A DNA stretch of 62,619 nt, filler included, from 5 parts of 5 records of this genome joined end to end with filler, not necessarily neighbours in it; one strand, 5' to 3'. Shown: positions 48,680 to 59,245, counted from the whole stretch's first letter. Numbers and translations are program-made. Notes: generated by a model not told the origin, from the letters alone.

Positions 48680-49367
48680 CCAGATCACGTTGACCCAAGG
48701 CCCTTTTTCTTTGGCGGCGGACATATCGTTTAACGATTCTATCACAGCTTTGATCGGGCCATCTGGGGCGGGAAAGTCTACGCTATTGAACCTGATCGCA
48801 GGCTTTGTTGCACCGTCTCAAGGGCGTATTTGGTGGGATGGGCGCGATATTTCGCAACTGTCCCCGGCAGAACGCCCCGTGAGCATGCTGTTTCAGGACA
48901 ACAACCTTTTCCCACATTTGACCGTCTGGGAGAATCTGGCGCTGGCGTTGACGCACCGGCGGCCAAATGCCGAGCAGAGCGCGCAGATGAAACAGGCTTT
49001 GTCTCGTGTTGGTTTGGTTGGATACGAGGCGCGCAAACCCGGGGCTTTGTCTGGGGGCCAACAGAGCCGGGTGGCCTTGGCGCGTGTCTTGTTGCAAGCG
49101 CGTCCTTTGGTGTTGCTGGATGAGCCTTTTGCAGCCCTTGGTCCTGCCTTGAAACAAGAAATGTTGGACTTGGTTGCCGAGATTGGTGCCGAAACGGGAA
49201 TGCATGTGGTGATGGTCAGTCATGACCCCCAAGACGCCGCGCGGATCGCGACTGGGACGGCTGTTGTGGATGAAGGTCGGGTGAGCGCCCCGATGCCTAC
49301 ACGGGCGCTGTTGGAGAATCCACCCGCCGCGCTTAGGGCATATCTGGGTGCGACACAGGCGTCCTGA
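48666..49367 (+). CDS. thiQ: Thiamine ABC transporter ATP-binding protein
   Basis: GPSGAGKSTLL, FQDNNLFPHL, LSGGQQSRVALAR, LDEPFAALGPAL. Confidence 0.93.
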   Translation: MLTLDQITLTQGPFSLAADISFNDSITALIGPSGAGKSTLLNLIAGFVAPSQGRIWWDGRDISQLSPAERPVSMLFQDNNLFPHLTVWENLALALTHRRPNAEQSAQMKQALSRVGLVGYEARKPGALSGGQQSRVALARVLLQARPLVLLDEPFAALGPALKQEMLDLVAEIGAETGMHVVMVSHDPQDAARIATGTAVVDEGRVSAPMPTRALLENPPAALRAYLGATQAS

Positions 49368-49449
49368 TCAACACACAGAGCCAGACCCATCTGAAAGGGA
49401 TCGCCTAGGCGTAGATGTGTAACAAAGAGTTTAGTTTGAAGGAGTGGTT

Positions 49450-49475
49450 TGGTGGAGCCTAGGGGAGTCGAACCC
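49450..49475 (-). tRNA. tRNA-Ala, 3' fragment (anticodon not visible)
   Basis: Reverse strand GGGTTCGACTCCCCTAGGCTCCACCA: T-loop, Ala-type acceptor strand, CCA; cut by contig end. Confidence 0.75.
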
Positions 49476-49575
49476 NNNNNNNNNNNNNNNNNNNNNNNNN
49501 NNNNNNNNNNNNNNNNNNNTTAATTAATTAANNNNNNNNNNNNNNNNNNNNNNNNNNNNNNNNNNNNNNNNNNNN
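49476..49575. other. Artificial contig spacer
   Basis: 44 N + TTAATTAATTAA + 44 N. Confidence 0.99.
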
Positions 49576-51305
49576 ACGGCGCCAGCTGGCCCGCATATTA
49601 CGGTGCCATTGCCATGACTTACGAGCAGGCATCATCGCGCGGGCTTGTATACCGCCGGTATGACGGTACCGAACTACCCTATGCCCAAACGGTGCGTCAG
49701 CATTTCATCACATCAATGGGCACGGTTGAGACAACCGCAACCAACCGCAAAGCACTGCTGCAAAACTTTTTTGATTACCAAAAAACTGCCATTGAAGAAG
49801 GCCGTGCTGACCGCAGTAACCGCAGCTATATTTTTCCAGCATCACGCGACAAAGCCGCCAACCGCAAATTGGTTGGTGTTCTGGCAGAGCAAGGCGTTGA
49901 AGTAAGCCAAGCAACTGCAGACTTTAAAGCCTGCGGCACTAACTATGGTGCTGGGTCTTACATTGTAGACACAGCCCAGCCGCGCAAGCGCATGATCCGC
50001 ACTCTTCTAGACCCTCAAGTTGATATGGAGGCCGACTTTGTTACCGAGCAAGAGCGACGCCGCGCCAAAAACATCGACCACGATATTTACGACGTTACCG
50101 CCTGGTCCCTGCCGGTTATGTATAATGTGGAAATGAACATTTGTGGCCGCGCCGTTGATGTAGCCTCAAACCCGGTTGATACATCCCGTGTTGGCCCAGG
50201 CTCCGTGAACACGGATTCCGCATCGGTCGCTTATCTTGTGCCGTGGGGGGATATGGCGGCTGGTCGTTTTCTCGCCAGCGCCTTACGTGCTGACCTGAAT
50301 GTGAAAATTATTGACGAAGGCTTCACCTTGGGTGGCCGCGCCTATTCTGCCGGCACAGTTATTCTGGACGTTGCCAAAAACCCAGATAACTTGGGCGAAA
50401 TAATAGTCAATCTTTCGCGAGAAACCGGCGCTGAAGTGGTTGGCATCGACAACAGCTGGGTTGACGCTGGTATGGATCTGGGAAGCCGGGCAGTTAACCA
50501 ACTGCCAGCACCCAAAATTGCCATGCTATGGGACGATCCCACCAGCCAATATGCTGCAGGCAACACCCGTTTTGTCATTGAGAGACAAATCGGCTACCCG
50601 GTAACCGTTATCCGCACAGACAATTTCAACCGCGCGCGGCTTGATCGCTATCAGGTGCTTGTCATGCCATCATCCTTTGGCAGTTATGCAAGCGCCCTTG
50701 GTGGTTCGGGTGCCAAAAAACTGGATGCATGGGTGCGCGACGGCGGCGTGCTGATTGGCACCGGCACCGCTTTGCGGTATTTGGCAGACAAAGACGTTGA
50801 TCTGTTGTCTATCCGCCGGGAAACACAGGTTAAGGAAGATGTTTCCGATGATAAAGCTGATAGCAACACCGTTGAAGGCCAACTGATCACTTCACTTGAT
50901 CAGATGAAAAACCTTATTGAACCTGCTGGCGAAAGCCCTGACAGCGTGCCTGGTGCTTTTGCTGCCGCAAGCGTGGACAAAGACCATTGGCTTGCGTCCG
51001 GCGTTAGTGACAATCTGAATGTTCTAATCAGAGGCCGAGATATTTACACACCTAGCAAATTGAATACAGGCACCAATGTGGCTTGGTTCAAGGGCGCAGA
51101 TGAATTACTTGCCAGCGGATACCTATGGGAAGAAAACCGCAAACAACTGGCCTTTAAGCCCTTTGTTGTGGTTGAAGACCGCGGCGCCGGTATGGTGATT
51201 GGCTTTACACAAGACCCAACGGTGCGAGCTTACCTTGATGGTCTGAACCTTATCTTCACCAATGCGATTTTCCACGGCGCGGCGCAAGCTCGACCTACAC
51301 GGTAA
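49576..51305 (+). CDS. M14-family zinc carboxypeptidase-like protein, C-terminal part
   Basis: Frame open from contig edge: GASWP.YYGAIAMTYEQASSRG, YDVTAWSLP, C-terminal GATase-like domain (LDAWVRDGGVLIG). Confidence 0.75.
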
Positions 51306-51314
51306 GGAAAGAAA

Positions 51315-52001
51315 ATGAAAAAGCTTCTTGTATTGGCGTCGATGGCATTCGCATCAACCGCCGCAATGGCAGATGACTTTTGGGTAACGCAGTACCGTGC
51401 CGCCCCCGGCAAGTTTCCGGCCCTTCTAAAATTGGTAAAAGGCACTGATTGGCAAGCCTTTGAAAACGGTGCACCGATTATGATGCGTCACAGTCAAGGT
51501 AACCACTGGGACCTTATGCTACTTGGCCAACACGCGGACTGTGACACAAGCGCCTGTGAGCAAGCCGCAAAGGCCTTTGAAACGGCCGCGAATGAACTTG
51601 TAGACTTTGAACTGAGCTTTCAAGCATCGTCGGAAACAAGTTGGGCCGACTTAAAAGCCAAAAATGAAACAAGCGGCCTCTATCACATTGAAATGTTCAA
51701 TGCTGGAGCTGGTAACCATGATGCCCTTATGCGCCAAAGAGTAATTGAGAACGACTTCATCAAGCGCATTGGCCAGAAGCCAAATGCCATTTTTACCGTG
51801 CTGGCAGGGTCAGATTTCGATATTTTCACTATTGGTTTTTATAAAGACCTGCAAACCTACGCTACGCCAGCTGATGTAACACCTGAGCAAAATGAAGCTG
51901 CAGCTGTCGCCGCAGGGTTTAAAAACCGTGCTGATGTCAGCTTTCTATTGCGCGAATTAATTGTCGGGCATCAAGACACACTGGCTGTCAAAGTTAAATG
52001 A
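51315..52001 (+). CDS. Exported hypothetical protein with two similar alpha+beta domains
   Basis: Signal peptide ..TAAMA; AAGGA RBS; internal repeat. Confidence 0.75.
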   Translation: MKKLLVLASMAFASTAAMADDFWVTQYRAAPGKFPALLKLVKGTDWQAFENGAPIMMRHSQGNHWDLMLLGQHADCDTSACEQAAKAFETAANELVDFELSFQASSETSWADLKAKNETSGLYHIEMFNAGAGNHDALMRQRVIENDFIKRIGQKPNAIFTVLAGSDFDIFTIGFYKDLQTYATPADVTPEQNEAAAVAAGFKNRADVSFLLRELIVGHQDTLAVKVK

Positions 52002-52936
52002 CACGTATCCTATTCTATCTGGATGAGCCCGGCGTAGAACTATGGCAATCTGCTTTTGAAGCCGCCATCCCGGGTGTGGACTTTAGAGCCTACCCTAATT
52101 GGGGTAGCCCGGATGATGGGCCAGCCTATGCTTTTGCCTGGGAACCTGAAGAAGGTCTGATTGCAAAATATCCTAACATTCACACTGTGTTTTCTCTTGG
52201 CGCCGGTGTTGATCATCTGACGCGCGACCCGTCCTTGTCCCATGAATTGCCCATTGTTCGCATGAGCGACGATGGCCTCAAGGAAGGCATGGCGGAATTT
52301 GTGCTTATGTCCGTGCTGATGCACCACCGCTATATGCCGCGTATGTTGCGGGCCCAGCGCGAACACCAATGGCGAAGATTATTTCCTGCGCGCGCGAAGG
52401 ATGTTCGCGTTGGCATCTTGGGATACGGCGCGCTTGGCATTGCATGTGCGACTGCTCTAAAACCACTTGGATATCAGATTGCAACATGGTCAAGAACCGA
52501 GAAAGAGCCAGAAAGTGGCATTGAGCACTTTTCTGGCAAAACTCAGTTTAGTGCCTTCTTGTCACGTACTGATATTCTGGTTGGTTTGCTGCCATCAACG
52601 CCAGAAACCACCGGGCTATTGAATAGAGAAACTATGTCCCTGATGCCGAAGCACGCGTCTATCGTCAATGTGGGACGCGGTACGCTGATTAATTTGGATG
52701 ACCTTGTTGAGCTATTAGACCACGGACATATATCCGGCGCGACACTGGATGTTTTCGCTAAAGAGCCGCTGGATGATGATGACCCCCTGTGGGACCACCC
52801 TAGAATAAATATAACACCTCATATTGCATCTATTACCCGGCCCGAAACAGCCGCAGAATATGTGGCGAGGAACATAAAGAGAATTGAAAGTGGGCTTAGT
52901 CCCGAGAATTTACTTGATCGAAAACGTGGTTACTAA
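51998..52936 (+). CDS. ghrA: Glyoxylate/hydroxypyruvate reductase A
   Basis: SLGAGVDH, GILGYGALG, LPSTPET, NVGRG, LDVF..EPL, TPHIAS. Confidence 0.9.
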   Translation: MTRILFYLDEPGVELWQSAFEAAIPGVDFRAYPNWGSPDDGPAYAFAWEPEEGLIAKYPNIHTVFSLGAGVDHLTRDPSLSHELPIVRMSDDGLKEGMAEFVLMSVLMHHRYMPRMLRAQREHQWRRLFPARAKDVRVGILGYGALGIACATALKPLGYQIATWSRTEKEPESGIEHFSGKTQFSAFLSRTDILVGLLPSTPETTGLLNRETMSLMPKHASIVNVGRGTLINLDDLVELLDHGHISGATLDVFAKEPLDDDDPLWDHPRINITPHIASITRPETAAEYVARNIKRIESGLSPENLLDRKRGY

Positions 52937-53074
52937 GTCGACAGTATTTAACTAAACAAAGTTTTTTTAACGCTATAGTCTGGTTTTTGAGGCTAAGCGC
53001 TCTTATATAACCTGAGATATGTGTGTCCCTATGTCTATTCAGGCACACTCGCGTTTTAAGGACTAGATGGCTGC

Positions 53075-54052
53075 ATGGCGTATTTAGAAGTTGTAACCGG
53101 TATAGTGTTGTTGGTAGTTGCCGGAGACTTTTTGGTGCGCGGCGCTGTGTCCCTTGCCCATAAAGCGGGCATTTCCACACTTATCATTGGTCTTACAATT
53201 GTTGCCTTCGGCACATCTGCACCCGAGTTGGTTGTTGGAGTTGATGCCGTTCTTAAAGGCTCTCCAACCTTGGCACTAGGTAACATCGTAGGCTCCAATA
53301 TTGCTAACTCGCTCTTGGTTATTGGCCTTCCGGCTATCATTGCCCCCATGACCTGTACCGCACCGCGGATTGGTCGCAACCTAATGATGATGGTTGGCGC
53401 AACTCTGATTTTTATCTGGTTTGCTTCTGGTGGTGTGTTTGGTTTTCAACAAGGATTGGTCCTGCTCGTTCTCTTAGGCATGTTCCTTACATACTCTGGT
53501 ATAAGGGCAAAAAAGTGCCCAAGCGAATTGGAAGGGTTGGACGAGATCGAAGATGTTGCCGAACACCCTATTCCCTATCGAAAATCTTGGGCAATGGTTA
53601 TTGGTGGCTTGCTAGGGCTGGCATTAGGTGCTGACCTGCTTGTTGTAGGCTCCATTGAGCTTGCAAGAGCGTTTGGTGTATCAGAAGCCCTGATTGGCCT
53701 CACATTAATCGCATTAGGCACCAGCTTGCCAGAACTCGTGACAGCAATGGTTGCCGCTATCAGGGGCCACTGCGATGTGGCCGTCGGCAATGTGGTAGGT
53801 TCCAATCTTTTTAACATTTTGGGCATCATGGGCGTTTCAAGTATGGTTGGCGATATTCCTGTGCCAGACAGCTTCCTTGAAGTTGACCTTTGGGTAATGC
53901 TCGCTTCTGCGCTGTTGATCATACCTTTTGTGCGACTGCGTTCCAGCGCAGGCAAAATGTCAGGTGTAGCGCTCGTAGTACTATACATTGGATACATGCT
54001 ACATTTGGCAAATAGTGCCGAAAGCGCCGTAGTAATGGGAATGCCTGTTTAA
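53075..54052 (+). CDS. Calcium/sodium antiporter (YrbG family)
   Basis: Two alpha repeats: GTSAPE..GNIVGSNI and GTSLPE..GNVVGSNLFN. Confidence 0.95.
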   Translation: MAYLEVVTGIVLLVVAGDFLVRGAVSLAHKAGISTLIIGLTIVAFGTSAPELVVGVDAVLKGSPTLALGNIVGSNIANSLLVIGLPAIIAPMTCTAPRIGRNLMMMVGATLIFIWFASGGVFGFQQGLVLLVLLGMFLTYSGIRAKKCPSELEGLDEIEDVAEHPIPYRKSWAMVIGGLLGLALGADLLVVGSIELARAFGVSEALIGLTLIALGTSLPELVTAMVAAIRGHCDVAVGNVVGSNLFNILGIMGVSSMVGDIPVPDSFLEVDLWVMLASALLIIPFVRLRSSAGKMSGVALVVLYIGYMLHLANSAESAVVMGMPV

Positions 54053-54114
54053 TCCTGCACTATGTTTCTGCTACAATTGTGGGCAAACCTTAAAGCTATA
54101 GTGAACCGTCCAAA

Positions 54115-54894
54115 ATGAAACCACGTCAATCCTCGCCTTACCGTTTTTCCGCCGCGCTTATCACCGGGGCAGCTGCGCGCATTGGGCATGCTATTGCATT
54201 GGATCTTGCTGAATCAGGCATTGCCGTGGTTATTCATCATAGAAAGTCAGCAGATGCCGCTGAAAAACTAGTGCATGAAATTCGCGCTGCAGGCGGCGAA
54301 GCTGCGCACATCAGCGGAGACCTGGCCGATACCCAAACAGTGCAAACACTAGTTTCAAAGGCCGCTGACGCAATTGGTAAGCCGATTGATATTCTCGTCA
54401 ACAACGCCTCGGTATTTGAAAAAGACACTGCGCTGACCATGACACCAGAAAGCTGGGACCTACACCAGGCAGTGAACTTACATGCCCCACTTTTACTATC
54501 ACAACAGATGTTCAACCAATTGCCGGCTGGACGCGAAGGCTGCATTGTCAATATTATTGATCAGCGGGTGCTGAAACTTAACCCTCAGTATTTTTCCTAC
54601 ACCGCGGCGAAAGCAGGCCTGTGGACCACAACACGCACGCTAGCGCAGGCTATGGCGCCGAATGTGCGGGTTAATGCCATAAGCCCGGGGCCAACACTTG
54701 CCAATCAATTCCAAAATACCGCAGACTTTGACCGTGAAGCATCGAGCGTTCCGCTTGGACGGGGCCCTGAAGTTGATGAAATAACCAATGGCGTTAAGTT
54801 TTTACTTGAGACTCCTTCCATGACAGGGCAAATGCTTACTTTGGACGGCGGACAGCACTTGGCGTGGCGCACGAAAGATATCATTGAGGATTAA
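54115..54894 (+). CDS. SDR oxidoreductase, pteridine-reductase/FolM-like
   Basis: TGAAARIG, VNNASVF, NIIDQR, YTAAK, VNAISPG, DGGQHL. Confidence 0.88.
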   Translation: MKPRQSSPYRFSAALITGAAARIGHAIALDLAESGIAVVIHHRKSADAAEKLVHEIRAAGGEAAHISGDLADTQTVQTLVSKAADAIGKPIDILVNNASVFEKDTALTMTPESWDLHQAVNLHAPLLLSQQMFNQLPAGREGCIVNIIDQRVLKLNPQYFSYTAAKAGLWTTTRTLAQAMAPNVRVNAISPGPTLANQFQNTADFDREASSVPLGRGPEVDEITNGVKFLLETPSMTGQMLTLDGGQHLAWRTKDIIED

Positions 54895-54898
54895 CCCA

Positions 54899-55321
54899 AT
54901 GGCAATTGACGATACATCTGCCAGCACTACCAACTTGATTCACCTTCCCTACGCAGACGCATCAAGTGGCGTGCGGCATGTCTTTGTTCGTGACTATCTC
55001 ACCGAAGCTGAAATTGGTGTTTGGTCACACGAAAAAGGCAAAACCCAAAAAATACGCATCAGTGTCGATTTATCTGTGTCAGAAACTACGGCGCATCATG
55101 ATGATCAACTGGAAAATGTGGTTTGTTACAATGAAATTGTGCTTGGCATTAAGAAAATAATTGCCGCTGGTCACATCCAATTGGTTGAAACTTTGGCCGA
55201 ACAAATCGCCACCATGACACTGGAAAATTCACAGGTTATAAAATCACGCGTAAAGGTTGAAAAACTTGAAGCGGTTTTAGAAGCTGCAAGTGTCGGCGTT
55301 GAGATCGAAAGACGGCGTTAA
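54899..55321 (+). CDS. folB: Dihydroneopterin aldolase
   Basis: IGVWSHEK..Q, VVCY, LVETLAE, VKVEK, SVGVEIER. Confidence 0.92.
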   Translation: MAIDDTSASTTNLIHLPYADASSGVRHVFVRDYLTEAEIGVWSHEKGKTQKIRISVDLSVSETTAHHDDQLENVVCYNEIVLGIKKIIAAGHIQLVETLAEQIATMTLENSQVIKSRVKVEKLEAVLEAASVGVEIERRR

Positions 55322-55597
55322 TTCCAGAAAATCCCGCGATTCAAATGGCTTAACAGAATAGTAATAATTAACCTCTTGTTTGATTCAACGCTCTAGTTGT
55401 GCACACCGAATCGCGATCTGCCATAAGCGCTAAAGCCGGACAAGATACAAATTTATTTTATTTAATATGACAAGTTTAATTGTGTAATTATTCAATTATT
55501 TCAATGACTTAAAATTACTGCCTAAAAAATAGGCAAACCGCATAAACGCTAGAGTTACAGCGATGTTGCCGTTTTATGTCATGATTTGCACACAAAG

Positions 55598-55620
55598 TTA
55601 TCCACAGGTTTCGTGGACAA
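55598..55620. promoter_or_regulatory. Inverted pair of DnaA-box-like 9-mers
   Basis: Perfect TTATCCACA (55598-55606) and inverted TTGTCCACG (55612-55620) in an AT-rich spacer. Confidence 0.6.
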
Positions 55621-55703
55621 ATTTTCGCGCAAAATTTTCAAATAAATCATCCCATTGATTCCTTCTGCGCTTTCGGCCAAAAATATGCTTATATAACAAA
55701 AAG

Positions 55704-56445
55704 GTGTCTGATTTGAGCGTGTCTAATTTGTCTAGTGGAATAGCGGTTATACGGTCTTATTTAAAGACCGCGCCCACTGCTGCGGGTGTCTATAGAATGC
55801 TCGACCGTCATGGCGACGTGCTTTATGTGGGTAAAGCAAAGCACATTCAGAAGCGCATCACCAGTTACACACAAATTGCCCGGCTTAATAACCGGCTTCA
55901 GCGCATGGTTTCGGCAACAGAAACAATGATATTTGTTACCACCCGTACTGAAGCTGAAGCCCTTTTGCTTGAAGCATCGTTAATCAAGCGTTTTAAACCT
56001 GCCTTCAATGTGTTGCTGAAGGACGACAAATCTTTCCCCTATATATTGTTGCGAACCGATCATGAATGGCCGCAAATAACCAAGCACAGGGGCGCGCGTA
56101 AACACAAAGGGCATTACTATGGCCCGTTCGCCAACGCCACTGCCGTTAATCGCACGTTGAATACACTTCAGAAAGTTTTTCAGCTACGTTCCTGCACCGA
56201 CACAACGCTGGAATCACGGACCAGAGTTTGCCTTCTCTACCAAATAAAACGCTGTTCAGGCCCCTGCGTGCATAAAACCTCTACGGAGGACTACAGCGAC
56301 ATGGTTGCCGAAACCCGAGCGTTTCTTGAAGGTAAAAACACTGAAATTCAAAAAAAGTTTGCAGCCTCAATGCAAACCGCAAGCGACGCACAGGAATATG
56401 AATCCGCTGCTGTTTTCCGCGACCGACTAAACGCCCTTACTCAAA
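55704..56445 (+). CDS. uvrC: Excinuclease ABC subunit C, N-terminal part
   Basis: GVYRM, LYVGKAK, EAEALLLE, DDKSFPYI, Cys cluster, UVR domain; cut by contig end. Confidence 0.96.
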
Positions 56446-56545
56446 NNNNNNNNNNNNNNNNNNNNNNNNNNNNNNNNNNNNNNNNNNNNTTAATTAATTA
56501 ANNNNNNNNNNNNNNNNNNNNNNNNNNNNNNNNNNNNNNNNNNNN
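56446..56545. other. Artificial contig spacer
   Basis: 44 N + TTAATTAATTAA + 44 N. Confidence 0.99.
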
Positions 56546-56727
56546 AGATTTTCCTTCTTGTGGAGGGTAGAGGCCGTTTTGGTGGGCATGAGGCGGGCAG
56601 CCAGCTCATACTGATCAGCCCACTTCTCGTGGACGACCTGCAGCCGTTTCATGACAGCGGCGTCTTCCTCGTCACTCCACGCGGAGGTGACCTCTTCATC
56701 ATTATAGCAAAGCAGCATGTACAACAT
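56546..56727 (-). CDS. YciI-family protein, N-terminal part
   Basis: MLYMLLCYNDE...WS.EEDAAVM..L...ARLMPT.TA.T; 3' end lost. Confidence 0.75.
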
Positions 56728-56822
56728 GAAAAACGGTTCCATAGTTACAAGGACGGTTCAGACATTCGAATTGCGACATTACGGATAGTTTTTTGGCAAG
56801 AGCAGTAAGGCTGTTCGGCCTT

Positions 56823-57344
56823 TCAGCTCTTGCGACCGCCTTCCGATCCTTCCAGAGCCTTCGTCAACTTTCCCAACAATGCCGAAAGCGTGCGCTGTTC
56901 CTCATCTGTGAGGCAGTCGATCAATCGGGCTTCGTGAGCCATGTCTTCCTTGAAAGCGGACCGGATGAGGTCCATCCCCTTCTTGGATAAGCGGACGGGC
57001 GAGCTCCGGCCGTCTGCAAGGTCCTTTGGCCTTTCGATCAATCCGGCCCTTTCCAGGCGTGCCAGAATGCCGGTTAGCCCTCCTGAGGTGAGCATCAGGG
57101 AATTGAACAGTTCCGTGGGGCGAAGCTGGTAAGGTGATCCGGAGCGCAGCAGCGTCGATAGAACATCGAATTCCCGGGTATCGAGGCCGTGTCTTGAGAA
57201 AATGGCCTCGATGCCCGGCCGGGACAAATGGGTGATCACCCGCGCGCGGCCAAGGATTGCCATGCCGCGTGTATCAACCTCTGGCAACTCCAGCTCCCAT
57301 TGCCGACGTCGGCGTTCAACGTGATCCGTATCGTTTTTGCTCAT
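56823..57344 (-). CDS. MarR-family transcriptional regulator
   Basis: EFDVLSTLLRSG.PY.L.PTEL, TSGGLT..L.RLE..GLIER, DGRS..VRLS. Confidence 0.93.
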   Translation of the reverse strand: MSKNDTDHVERRRRQWELELPEVDTRGMAILGRARVITHLSRPGIEAIFSRHGLDTREFDVLSTLLRSGSPYQLRPTELFNSLMLTSGGLTGILARLERAGLIERPKDLADGRSSPVRLSKKGMDLIRSAFKEDMAHEARLIDCLTDEEQRTLSALLGKLTKALEGSEGGRKS

Positions 57345-57461
57345 TCTCGATTTTATCTTGCGTGCGAGACAATTCAGTTTATCTTTCGCGCAAGATAAAT
57401 CAACCCGGCGACGTCAGGTGCTTGGTCTCGGGCGTCGCATACATCACGAGAGGAGAGTGCG

Positions 57462-57686
57462 GTGGCTGAAAAAGTTCAGGTCGCCAAGGTGAAGGGGCCT
57501 GCGTCGTACTTTCCGTCTATCGAAAAGAAATACGGCAAGCCTATCGGCGATTGGCAAGCTCTCGTGCGTGCCCAGGCCGGAAAGAAGCACATGGAAATTG
57601 TCGACTTTCTGAAAACAGAACACGGGCTTGGGCACGGACATGCAAATGCAATCGTCGCGGCCACGCTCTCTGAAGACAAGAAGTGA
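57462..57686 (+). CDS. DUF4287-domain protein
   Basis: GPASYFPSIEKKYG, KHME...LKTEHGLGHGHANA; GAGGAG RBS. Confidence 0.9.
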   Translation: MAEKVQVAKVKGPASYFPSIEKKYGKPIGDWQALVRAQAGKKHMEIVDFLKTEHGLGHGHANAIVAATLSEDKK

Positions 57687-58264
57687 TCGATTGCTTGAGC
57701 GGTGATGGGCCTGTTTTCAAGTGCGCGCCGCTAAAGATGAGATCGCCTCCACCACCCAGGATGTCGCCAGCGGAGCGACAGGCAAAAGCCGGTCAGTCTT
57801 CACCGATTTGTTTGTTTGCTGGTTGTGCTTCTCAAGCATTTTAAGTGCCACGCGGAAACAGGTAAGCTTTAGCGTTTAAGTGGCGGTTTGAAGATATATT
57901 GCCAGTTGAATTCTCCGGCTAAATATTTGCCTGGAGAAGCGTTTGGTCATAATCAAAACCTACATGAAAAAAACAATAAAACTGAGGTGAGTTCGACTGT
58001 AGTTGCATTAAATATTTTCATCCGTATCGGGTGTTGCTTTTGGTGGAAGCTTTTGTATTTAGAATAAAAAGAAGAAGTTGCGGCGACGATATCTGTGCGA
58101 TTAGATATAATGATTTATGTCACTGATTTTTTCCCCGGTGTAGACTAATTGCCCTAAAATGTTGGCTGGAATTTAAAACCCATTGATCCTTTTTAGCCGA
58201 GTCATGACCTGAAATTCCTTTACGTAATTAATAGAGCTGGTCATGGTCCTTCGGGAGACGTTCA

Positions 58265-58972
58265 ATGTCCAAGCATTTGCGTTACTTATTTTTTATAGGT
58301 CCCAGGGACAAATTGCCGAAACCCTTGGAAAATTCATTGGTTCGGGAGCTGCCGGGTCTCGTTGTGCAGGTTTCAACTGACTGGGATGTGCTGGTTGAAA
58401 AGGCCGAACAGGAAGGGATTTTGCCTTCTCTGATCCTGGTTGATGAAGCCTTTGGCGCCACGAATGCTGATTTGTTGCAAGTGTTCCAGGACACGTTTCC
58501 CAATGCCGTGCTGTGTCTAACCTTTAACGGTGAGTATACGTCCAGGCTGCACATTCGAAAATGTCTGAAAACCGGTATCATCAATAACGTCATACCCATG
58601 AACCTCCGGCTGGATCTTTGGCTCTATGCGATCCAGATCATGCTGCATGGTGGCTCCTACATGCCGCCGGATCTTGTCGAACTTCTCGAGATCGACAGGA
58701 GTATGCAGCTGGAAAAGGCGCGCAAGGCGACTGCCGCCAGCGGCGTGTCCGGGGCGCACATCGTAAGTTCGCTGACGCCCCGAGAGCGGGAAGTGCTGGA
58801 GTTGATCGCACGAGGGCAGCAAAACAAGCATATTGCTGCAAATCTCTCGCTGTCGGAGCACACGATCAAACTTCACATTCACCACATCATTTCGAAGATG
58901 GGCGTGTCGAACAGGACTGAAGCAGCCGCCGCATATCTTCAGATACATCGATCCGCCGGTGGTAACGGTTAG
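58265..58972 (+). CDS. NarL/LuxR-type regulator with atypical receiver-like domain
   Basis: LTPREREVL.LIARGQQNK.IA..L.LSE.TIK.H...I..K.GV.NRT.A. Confidence 0.88.
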   Translation: MSKHLRYLFFIGPRDKLPKPLENSLVRELPGLVVQVSTDWDVLVEKAEQEGILPSLILVDEAFGATNADLLQVFQDTFPNAVLCLTFNGEYTSRLHIRKCLKTGIINNVIPMNLRLDLWLYAIQIMLHGGSYMPPDLVELLEIDRSMQLEKARKATAASGVSGAHIVSSLTPREREVLELIARGQQNKHIAANLSLSEHTIKLHIHHIISKMGVSNRTEAAAAYLQIHRSAGGNG

Positions 58973-59245
58973 GCTGAAATTCGAAAACTCTGCCAACGAC
59001 TGGGAATGGTCCAATCTGCTGGATGTAAATTGGCTGAAACAAGTCTATGGGCGTTATCGAGGTGCTGGTGTGAAGATTATTGAAAATTGTATCTGTAGTT
59101 ATCGTAATTCCATTTAGATACAACTTGTCTCATGCTGCGGATGTCGCGTCGCTTCGAGAGCGCGATGGTGGTGTCCGTCACGCCTCGTTGTTTCATTGGT
59201 CCTTTTTCAGGACGCTCCTGACGGGCTTTGCCGCTTCGAACCCGG

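Noticed and set aside
49368-49475. tRNA-Ala 3' end as an island att site
   Set aside because: No integrase or duplicated tRNA end in the contig; adjacent thiBPQ looks like core genome
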